NCBI GenBank assembly: GCA_051942205.1
Contig: JAVECO010000010.1
Coordinates: 124,001-188,000 of the forward strand
DNA from: Coniocarpon cinnabarinum
Taxonomy: Eukaryota
Direction: 5' to 3'
Length of the DNA: 64,000 nucleotides
Below, one piece after another: positions 25,423 through 34,387 of the stretch. The position numbers and the translations under genes are program-made. Positions within the stretch are counted from its first letter, which is position 1. Each line of letters starts with the position of its first letter. Under the pieces are notes generated by a model that did no database searches, was not told the origin of the DNA, and saw only the letters and a program-made list of their open reading frames with translations.

Positions 25423-26380
25423 ATGTCGCCCCCAATTGAATACGAGAAAATCGCAGAGTCACGCAGTTTCTTAGACTCTTCCCAAAGTGCAAGCGACGAG
25501 GACGATGGCGAGCTTCGTTTCTATATGCGGAGAAGAGGGTCAACGATACCCGCGACCGTTCATTGGATTTTGGATGCCATCCTGGTGGCTGCTCTTTTGA
25601 TCATTTCCATTGCTTTCGTGTACCGAACTTCTCAGAGCCACGAGAGCTGCGTGCGAAACGAGAACGCATGGTGTAAGCACGAAGTCATAGATTATTTTGA
25701 CACCAAGCGCTAAGTTCGAGTCACCATCAGCGCCTGTAGTTGAAGACGGTGGTCTTGATGCTCCACTTCAAGATTATGCATTCAAGGGCTCTCTTTTCTA
25801 TAATTCGCCTTTCAAGGGTCCACCAAGTCCAGAAGTCGAGCAAGCTTGGCAGTCGCTCATGGAGTGTAATTCTGAAGCCATATCATTGACGCCGCCTGCA
25901 CGGTCTCACTGACAAGTTCAAACAGTTGGCATGATTCGCATCACCGAAAGCGACGTCCTCAAACTCGGCAAGAACCTCTCAGCAGCCCAATTCCCGCCAG
26001 AGGTCGGCGGTGGCTACATCGGCGCCGTGACAGGGACGCATCAACTCCACTGCCTGCACTACATCTGGCAAGACCACCACATTTCGTATTTCCCAGAGAT
26101 GCAAGAGACGCAGCGGACCATCCCCAAGATGTACGAGCGCCATTACGAGCACTGCGTCGACTACATTCGTCAAAGCCTCATGTGCAACTTTGATCCCCAG
26201 ATCCTGACGTACAACTGGGTGCGGTCGCATCAGTCGCCCACGCCTAATGGGAACACGATGCATAAATGCGTGGATTGGAGCGCGGTGCAGAAGACGTTGA
26301 AGAAGGATGCCGTCGAGTTGCCGGATGACTTCCGGTGGCATCAACCAGCCGATGCACAGCCGTGGAATGAGAACCCGTGA
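25423..26380 (+). CDS. DUF3328 / UstYa-family oxidase; exons 25423-25672, 25731-25865, 25926-26380
   Basis: N-terminal TM anchor, SPF.GPPSPEVEQAWQ, GGGY, twin HxxHC motifs HQLHC (26039-26053) and HYEHC (26141-26155), YIRQSLMCNFD, H.CVDW; both GT-AG introns splice in frame. Confidence 0.95.
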
Positions 26381-26500
26381 AGTAAGACACTCTGTCGATA
26401 TAGCTCGAGAAAGCCACGAGTTCAAGAAGCTCGTTCGTCTTTTACGATTTCGCATCTCATCTTCATTGAAAGTCCTCGCTATCAAGCACCAAGTCTAAAC

Positions 26501-27688
26501 CTAAGACCACATGATCAAACAAGGCCCACTCACCCCATCACCGGGCAAATACCCAATAAAAGAGCTCATCGTAATCCGCGCCGCGGTCCGCATCCCCGCC
26601 CTCTTCTCACAAGGCTTGACCTCATGAAAATTCCTCGAATTAAAGAAAGTCAAATCCCCCTCCACCGCCCCCATCGCCTTAAACGTATGCCCCTGCAGTC
26701 CAACCGGCGAATACGCAAAACTGGGCTTCGCCCGCTTGAACTTCTCGTCGTCTTCTCGCCCCCGCCACTGCCGATCATAGATGATGGTGTCCCCGCCCTC
26801 GACCTGTTGCAGGAGGACATTCCACGTGATTTGGGAGAGCACATTGCCGATTTCCCAGCCGGGCCCGTCGAAGGCGCCATAGTCCGCGTGGATGGCGATG
26901 TAATTTTCGACGTAGCGGAGTTGGCCGGCGAAGTAGTCGCGGCCGTTTTCGCGGGCCATGCGGACGGGGAGGTTGGTTGCGCTCGAGACTTTGGAGGCGA
27001 CGCGCGAAATGAGGTCGATGTTGGCTTCGGACTGGAAGCGGCGTTGGAGGCTTAGTGCTCCGTCGACGCTTTTGAGGTATTGGTCTTTGTCTGTTTGGTG
27101 TTAGGTTTGTGTTGGGTTTGTGTTAGGTTTGTGTTAGGTTTGTTTTAGGTGTGGGATTGGGTGAGGAAAAGAACACGAACCGTTCGGGGCGTCGAATTGG
27201 GCGAGGCCTATTTGGCCGACGGGGGGAAAGATGAAGTCGGTGTTGTAGGTTCCCTGAGCGACAGTCCGCCTGATTAGCTTCACGAGGTCCACGAAAGAGT
27301 CGGCGAATGCACGCACAACTTGTTCAGTATTGATGATGTCTACGAGTTTCTTGCACTCGTCGGGTGACAGGAAGCTCCTCTCGCGCACAACGGGTATCTC
27401 GTTGGCGAATAGTCTTCCCAAGGAGTCTTTGCTCAATGGACTCTCTGAGAGGGTCTGCCAACTCGATTTGACTGGATATCCACTGGATGGTCCAAGATGT
27501 CCACTGCTCCATGTCGATGGACCAAATGAATCATCAGGCGTCGGCCGCACCGCCGCTGCTGTCGCAGCGTATCTTCTGCTTGGCAGAGGTCTCGATCGAG
27601 TAGCGAGAACACTCAAGCTACATCTCTGCCCAGGCCGTCTCATCAGTGGGCTTACACAGCCTCGCGCGGCTTTCTGCAGCCACATCAT
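26501..27688 (-). CDS. 2-oxoglutarate/Fe(II)-dependent dioxygenase; exons 27688-27317, 27253-27181, 27090-26501
   Basis: HAD (26890-26882), distal His in FNSRNFHEV and RITMSSF 2OG-binding strand; Arg-rich acid-free N-terminus resembling a mitochondrial presequence; introns splice in frame. Confidence 0.85.
27097..27150 (-). repeat. 11-bp tandem repeat (AAACCTAACAC, about 5 copies) inside intron 2 of the dioxygenase
   Basis: gtgttaggttt units on the + strand; the intact copies contain CTAAC on the - strand. Confidence 0.75.
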
Positions 27689-28878
27689 CGTCGTTCTGAA
27701 AGTCGATATGGGATCTTTGCGGGGGTGTATTTCCTCGAAACCTGTTGTTTGTTGAAGACGCTTCTTTGGCAGGATCAAGAGCCTGGAGCTCTCACATAGA
27801 CGGTCGGACAGCCTCACCACGGCGAAGAAGGTTCCGATGCCTGAGTTCAAGGTTCTTCATCTGCAGGACCCGGCAGAGTGGCTTCCCCGCCCCCTCAGCA
27901 CTTACACTTCGCTTGTAAGCCCTATCCTCATTGATGGCCTTTGCTCGAGCCGCTAACTGCACCATGTTCGTCCGAACCCGATCCATACCTCCCGTTTGAA
28001 CCACTGGATGCATCGCAGCCACCATGTCATCACTGCGCCAGCCACACCTATCAGATCCAGACTATTGCCAAACCCTCGACTGTAGAATAGGTCCGATGAC
28101 TGATACCCTAAGAGAACCTTGAGCTGCAACATACGCTTTCAATGGTGAAGAAAGCTCCGGCACTAGATCACGGATGGGCTTGTTCTCCTCCAGTTGGGCT
28201 TGCAAGGTTTACAGTAATGCATCTGATCACGTTCTTGCCCTTCCAAAGGGAAGACACCAAACTTTCGGGTTTTCAGCTCAGGTACGCAGTCAAAGTCCTT
28301 AACTTGCGGTGAGTTTGAAATGCTTGCAAGAAGCTCAAGCTTCTAAATGCGGAGCGCTGGTCCTGCGACAATGCTGGCATGTAGTTATACATCAGATAAG
28401 TACCTTGAGGCGGGGGATCGCCTTAACGTTTGATGCGGGGGGTGGGCATAACTTTAAATACGTCAGGGGAAGCTATGCAAGATAAAGCTCCGACGCAAGC
28501 TTGGCCTCTTGCAGATACGCTGGTCGCCTTACTTGATGAAGGAAATATGTGATCATACTCACATAACGTTTGGAGTTGGAAAGACCTATTGCCCTTGACC
28601 GTGTCTACGGTGCAGTCAGAGCCATGATGTGGCACTCTGAGAATGAGGTCTATTCGACAACCCCTACCTCTCTGTGCATCATCTGCAATGACAATCAGTC
28701 GACCTCGTCACTGATACTTCCAAGTTCTTCAGTCAATCCTGTTACTGATACTTGCAAGCTTTCGAGAACATCCTTGAGGTGCAAGTCGAGCGGTGAAGCT
28801 TGGTAGCACGCCATTCATCATGGTCAACATTGGGACGCTTGACGCTCAAGAAGTAGCTGCCAATGGCCCAGTGTCGGA

Positions 28879-28884
28879 TATAAA
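28879..28884 (+). promoter_or_regulatory. Putative TATA box of the precursor gene
   Basis: TATAAA about 95 bp upstream of ATG 28976. Confidence 0.45.
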
Positions 28885-28975
28885 GCACCACTACTCGTCT
28901 GGGCCAAGTTTACGTCCTTACTCGTGAGCAACATTCGCTTCGACTTCATCACTTACCAAGACAAAGATCACAATA

Positions 28976-29747
28976 ATGCTGTACCAAACTATCGTTCTCA
29001 GCTTTTTGGCCTTGGGAGCCGCAGCTGCACCCACTAAGCGCTCTGCAGGTAAGCTTTGTAGCCACAAGAATGCCAAAATCTCGCGTGCATGCATACCTAA
29101 CGAATGTCGAAGCCAACTTCAACGCCGATGAGAATCTGACGCCCGACAACTACTTCAACGCAGACAAGAATCTGGTCCCGGGCTCGTACGACCCTTCGAA
29201 GCGCTCGACGGCGAGCGCGGACCAAAACCTCACTCCGGACTCTTACTTCAACGCGGACAAGAATCTGGTCCCTGGTTCGTATGATGCGTCAAAACGCTCA
29301 ACGGCGAGCGCAGACCAGAATCTGACTCCGGATTCCTACTTCAACGCCGACAAGAACCTGGTTCCCGGCTCGTACGACGCCAAGCGATCGACGGCGAGTG
29401 CAGACAAGAACCTGACCCCGGACTCGTATTTCAATGCAGACAAAAACCTGGTTCCAGAATCGTACGATGCGAAGCGCTCGATGGCAAGTGCAGACAAGAA
29501 TCTGACTCCCGACTCATACTTCAATGCAGACAAGAACTTGGTGCCGGAATCATACGACGCAAAGCGATCAACGGCGAGCGCAGACAAGAACTTGACCCCT
29601 GACTCTTACTTCAATGCTGACAAGAATCTCGTTCCTGGCTCGTACGACTCTAAGCGTTCGACGGCGAGCGCAGACAAGAATTTGACTCCTGATTCGTACT
29701 TTAACGCTGACAAGAATCTCGTCCCGGGATCGTACGAAAGTGAGTAG
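28976..29747 (+). CDS. Kex2-processed repeat protein / dikaritin-type RiPP precursor, 235 aa; exons 28976-29048 and 29113-29747
   Basis: Signal peptide MLYQTIVLSFLALGAAAAPT-KR; intron GTAAGC...CTAAC...AAG; seven KR-delimited repeats of consensus STASADKNLTPDSYFNADKNLVPGSYDAKR; DUF3328 gene 2.6 kb away. Confidence 0.93.
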
Positions 29748-31083
29748 AGGACGACTTGACGAGATGCCGTGGATGCTGTGGAGTCACCGAAAGGATTGGG
29801 TGAACGAGCTTTTAGAGAAGCGTGAAGAATGGGTTGCCGCAATGATCCTGAGACTATGCAGTCGAAATTAGGCCGAGAAGGATCCGTGAAGTCGTCTCTG
29901 TCCCTTGCAACGTTCATTTCATATGAGATGGAGGTTTGTCTATGTTTTGAATGCCCGTGCATTCAGTGAATGATCCAATTCAAGATACTTGCGCATGTCT
30001 GTGTCTCCACTGCAATTCCACACCTTCCTCTGCTGTAGCAGCCAGCCAGTCTTTCCCGCTTGCTTCTGATGAGCTCTTCTTAGAGATAAGTAAGGTATTG
30101 CCATGGCTTGAGAATGCTTTATACACCACACACATGTCTTTGTTCATATCGTAGAAAGGCCAAGGTCTTGATTCCGACGTAGATCAAGAATGACGCCCAT
30201 GAATCACGTTGCACTTGCGGCTTATTTGTAGTCCAGGCCAGGTGTTGTGCTTTCAATCGCGAGATGACTTGAAGGGAAAGAGTCGAGACCCAATCGTATA
30301 GATCCAGATCCACACAGTCGTCGGTACACACAAACGAGCAAGCTGCTGTTGTCCCTCACAGGCAATTAGGTGTTTGCACATGAATGTCGAGTACTCTCTC
30401 CTCCCACTCTTTCTCGTATCACTTCCTCGGCATCCTAGGCAGCCCGCGCTTGCCTTTGAAAGTATAGCCAAGGTGCTCCACCCATGCTGCTAGCCATTGA
30501 GTGTGGACATGGAGTCTTGTAAGCTCATATATCATTAAAAATAAGTACGGTCACGTTACTTGTCCGCCGGTGTCAATTTAAGGAAAAGGTATTGGCACCT
30601 CGTGCTTGTCATGTATCGTAGTGCTGATAGGTTCCGGCGGGATCTCGCTAGGTTTATCGTATTGCTGGGAACCCAGACTGAACCCACAGTCGATATCGCG
30701 TACCTTATGGTAACCGCCATGGTGAATCGACAGGAGAGCTCTCTTGGTGGTGTGCTGTTCATCGGCATAAAAAATATTTCCGAGCTCAACTTCGGTATTA
30801 AACTTCGTTTTCACCCTCCGTGCGGCTTTTCGGACTCTCATACAGTCTGATATCAAACGCCTCAGGCATCAGCGCATCGCTTTGCTGCAGCTTGATGCTT
30901 TTATCCGCGGCGAGCATCATAGTGAATCAACCCTATTCGCAGTCAATGTGCCGTGGTCAAACAAGAAGCGTAGCAGTCACGTCGCCCACGCCCTGCTCCT
31001 TAGCATTGCATCCGAGACGGGGAGGAGTGTCGAAAAAGTACAAGTCGTTGATTGTCCTGCGTTTTCAGACCAAGCGGCATGCA

Positions 31084-32510
31084 TCATGGTGCGCTCCTAG
31101 CACGGACGATATCGGTGGGCTCGCTTGCTGAAGTTGTGCGTCCCCCTAGCTGCTCCATACTATGATGTCTGTAGCCATCGAAAGGGCGTGGAGCAGTATC
31201 TTGCGGAGAGTTCTGACAATTTGAATGGTCTTGAGGCGATGTCATTCTAGCTGCTCCAGCTGCTCCGTCGCTCTCCGGGTCGCTCGTTTGACAGCGGTGC
31301 GGCCGGTCTGCCATGTCCAATCTGAGATCTGAAACTGGCTGCATCTGGAAAAAGTCTTCAGGCGCCTGAGAAAGGATGAGCTTTCAAATGTGGGAACAGT
31401 ATCAGACCGAAGCTTACATAATATTTGACAGTCTTCCATATGACATTCACAAGAGCTCCCATGCCTGTTATCAGAGGGAACACCTGTCCCGTCGAGTTGA
31501 TAGTGTTGACGCCCTGAATCCAGTTCCATTTTACAGTCAACTCGATGGCAAGAATAGAATATAATGGTATAAATATGTGGTAGAAGAACAGCAACGGGGA
31601 TAGCGATAAAGGGTGGGTGAGTGCTCTGTGTGCACGTCAGCGAGCGGTTGTCCAGAGCAATGCTCGATAGTGAAACTTGGTTGATGACCCACATCACAGC
31701 CACGACCTTTCTGGTGTTGAAGTTCAACACTGATCGCTTGTGCGTCACAGGATTGCACGCGATCTCGGCTTTAGCTCGGATGCCTCTATCCAAGATGACA
31801 GCTCCACAGCCAAGCAACACAACACTGAAGAATGCTGCGAAAGCGTTGATGAAGACGAAGAACTGAAGAGCATGTCTGTTTGTTGCACTGATCCTTGCGA
31901 AGAGGAAAAGGTAAGTACCGCTTGGATTCTGCACAAAGTCGTGTTCTCCAACGGTTGCTAGTCGGATCCAAAACCATAGGCTGAATACCTGCATCAGTAT
32001 CACTGGAGCAGCTGCGGCCACAATTGATCCCAACGCGCTTTGTTGATTATTCTTAGAAGGTGCTTGGTCTTTGACAGGCTGGCGTTTTATCAGTGGAACA
32101 GGCACAAGACAGGTGGCAAAATGACCGTAGAACATGAAGATAATGATGATGATCTCCGGAGTAAAAGCACATCCGTGTTGCAGCGTCAGCGAGAAGACAG
32201 CGACTGTCAAAGCCAAAGCCCAGAGCATGTTGGCACCAAAAAGGATGGCCCATTCGTCTCCGAGAACCACACATGCCCAGAACTGCGCTACCCATTGCAA
32301 ATAGATGCCCAAGCGGATGCCGAGTCCGTAGAAGTCGAGATTACCGACAAAGCCCTGATCACCGTTTCCCACGGTGCGAGTCGCACATTCCCCAGTAGTG
32401 GTATTCGTCTGTGTGAGAACTAGAGCCCGCATAGCCGCCACCAATGCCGCTATCAAGGCCACGCATGTTGTCCAGACAAAGATACGCTTGAACAGGGCAA
32501 TGGCAACCAT
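31084..32510 (-). CDS. Uncharacterised fungal multi-pass membrane protein; probably 3 exons
   Basis: GNLDFYGLGIRLGIYLQW near the N-terminus and IELTVKWN.IQGVNTINSTGQVFPLITG near the C-terminus, a recurring pattern in unannotated ascomycete membrane proteins; introns near 31676-31626 and 31417-31345. Confidence 0.7.
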
Positions 32511-33292
32511 TTTGTCGCAAGCGACTGAGCAAACTTCGTGCCAGCTGCGTGCTCTGCATTGGATGGAGAGTAATCTCGCAATGACAAATGCTGGATTCCG
32601 ATGCTGCCATGTTTACCCCAGGTCTCTCAGTCCGGCTGGAGGTAGTGCACATCCTAATATTGCCTGGTAAAACACAGCCACTGAACAGCCAGGCTGGCTT
32701 GGACTGGACGCCTGGGGCACGAGTCAAGTGCAAAATTTCCCGAGCCGGACGGGATCATAGGCGGCACGATCGCGTCGGCGCGTCCTGGATCCATACAAAG
32801 CTTCTTTTGGGGATCCATTCTCGACGACCTCTGTCGGTTGGAATTTGTGTCTGCTGCCAGAACAGCGAGAAATTGGCGTTGAGGTCGCCTTCGTCGTTGG
32901 TGCGGCAGGGTCACAAACATTTCGTCACCTGCCCGGATGAGATGCACGTGACATCGCTGTCCGGCCCTTCGCCGATGCCTGTCTCTTCTCGATTTTGCGG
33001 AACCCAGCAAAAGCATATGACTCACTGCATATTCTCTGCAAAAGCGTCGTAATGAGACGACTATTTATGGTGACCTATTCATGGTCCTGACCATCCGGAA
33101 TTACGCCGCGTGGCTGCGTTATGCGTGAGTCAGTGATCGCGCTTGGTCTGGTTTTCCCCCAATTCATCTCATCATGGAACGAGGTGCAACCGGGCTCCAC
33201 GACCCGCAGAATCAAGATACGAGAGTCAACTGATGTCTAGAGAATGCTTCCGCTCAAGTGCAATGTGCTTAGAATCACAGCCAAGTCGTCGC

Positions 33293-34387
33293 TCATATAC
33301 TCAAATGCCATATCCAGTCCGACGACTTCAGCAATCCCGACCCCGAGCAATAGCGATCTGAGCGACTAATGCTCTGAAGAAAGTCCAGTATATCATCTAC
33401 TTGACAGCCAAGATATGTGCCGGAATTCGAGCCAGTGTTTTGGTCCTCTCTGCAAAGCGGGAGGAAATACATGAAGATAAGCCATAGACTCCAGAGCTGC
33501 CAGCTGAGACGATCAGAGCGTTGGTCTCTGAGTTGGATCACTCTGCTCGCAACCACCAATCCTAATATCACGCAAAGCGCGAACGCATAGAAATGTGCCT
33601 CCCAGTATGCAGGACATATCCAGGACCAAGCGGCAACCGCTGCAGCGATACCGTATCGGGTGTTTGTCTCTCCGAGAACGAGGGGCGCTGTGCGTCTTCG
33701 CCGCTCCGAATCACCCTTCTGATCCTTGAGATCTTGTATGGACATGGTTGTGAAGATGACCAAGGCAATGATTATCATCCAAACGAGAGCCTGGGGTGAT
33801 TCCGTGTGCCTCGGCCAAGCCACCGCCACCCGCAATGCGCCGCTACCATAAAACGCGTACGCAATGGCAATGATGAGATTGCGAACGATGAATGACTTGT
33901 TAGCCCCGCCCATGTCGTTATACAGCCAGGTGAGGAAGAATAGGGCAGTTGTCTCTTCGAAACCACCGAGAAAGAAGTACGTGATGACAAGCACCGTGAG
34001 AGCCGCGAAGGTGAGCAGGTGACGTGTTTGGACGAGGGTGATGCGGGCAGCCGGTAGGGGCCTCCAAGGTTTGTTCAGCTTGTCTTCAGCAATGGCCTGG
34101 GCATCGCCTTGATTGGACAGAGTGAACACGAATGTGTTGAGCCATGTCCATAGAACCACGTACGGTAGACGTCGGAAGGCAGTGCTGACCGTGGGAGTTG
34201 CATTCGTGGTCAGAGCTGAGCCAGACAGTGCTCCGATGAGTCCGAATAACGACTCTGGTAACACGAAGGTGAAGTGATCGCTGACAGTAAAAAGCCAGAT
34301 CGTTCTCAGGTGGTAGCAAAGCAGATTCATCCAGCGGAAGGGATGCAGCCCTTGCAGGGGATCGATGATCATCATGTTAGCAGTCAT
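33293..34387 (-). CDS. UbiA-superfamily membrane prenyltransferase / Fma-TC-like terpene cyclase (exact start uncertain)
   Basis: SNQ...EDKLNKPWRPLP, WLYNDMGG, QDLKDQKGD...RRT.PLVLG Asp-rich motifs; about 8 TM. Confidence 0.88.
   Translation of the reverse strand: MTANMMIIDPLQGLHPFRWMNLLCYHLRTIWLFTVSDHFTFVLPESLFGLIGALSGSALTTNATPTVSTAFRRLPYVVLWTWLNTFVFTLSNQGDAQAIAEDKLNKPWRPLPAARITLVQTRHLLTFAALTVLVITYFFLGGFEETTALFFLTWLYNDMGGANKSFIVRNLIIAIAYAFYGSGALRVAVAWPRHTESPQALVWMIIIALVIFTTMSIQDLKDQKGDSERRRRTAPLVLGETNTRYGIAAAVAAWSWICPAYWEAHFYAFALCVILGLVVASRVIQLRDQRSDRLSWQLWSLWLIFMYFLPLCREDQNTGSNSGTYLGCQVDDILDFLQSISRSDRYCSGSGLLKSSDWIWHLSI

Noticed and set aside
27097..27150. TTAGG-containing repeat as an interstitial telomere
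   Set aside because: The unit is 11 bp (GTGTTAGGTTT), not TTAGGG, and it sits in an intron where it is the reverse complement of CTAAC branch motifs
26501..27688. Dioxygenase as a WelO5/SyrB2-type halogenase
   Set aside because: Retains the HxD carboxylate ligand; halogenases have Gly or Ala there
29070..29112. ORF-track start MPKSRVHAYLTNVE for the repeat protein
   Set aside because: Lies inside a canonical intron (GTAAGC at 29049, CTAAC, AG at 29112); the upstream exon supplies a signal peptide and the first KR
29113..29747. 90-bp repeat array as a CRISPR array or non-coding satellite
   Set aside because: No unique spacers; variation is concentrated at third codon positions; eukaryotic context
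28976..29747. Precursor as an alpha-factor-like mating pheromone
   Set aside because: No runs of X-A/X-P Ste13 dipeptides after KR and no WC..GQPC-like ascomycete pheromone core; the DUF3328 neighbour favours a RiPP
29336..29962. Antisense repetitive ORFs (SALKYESG...)
   Set aside because: Shadow of the sense-strand repeat gene
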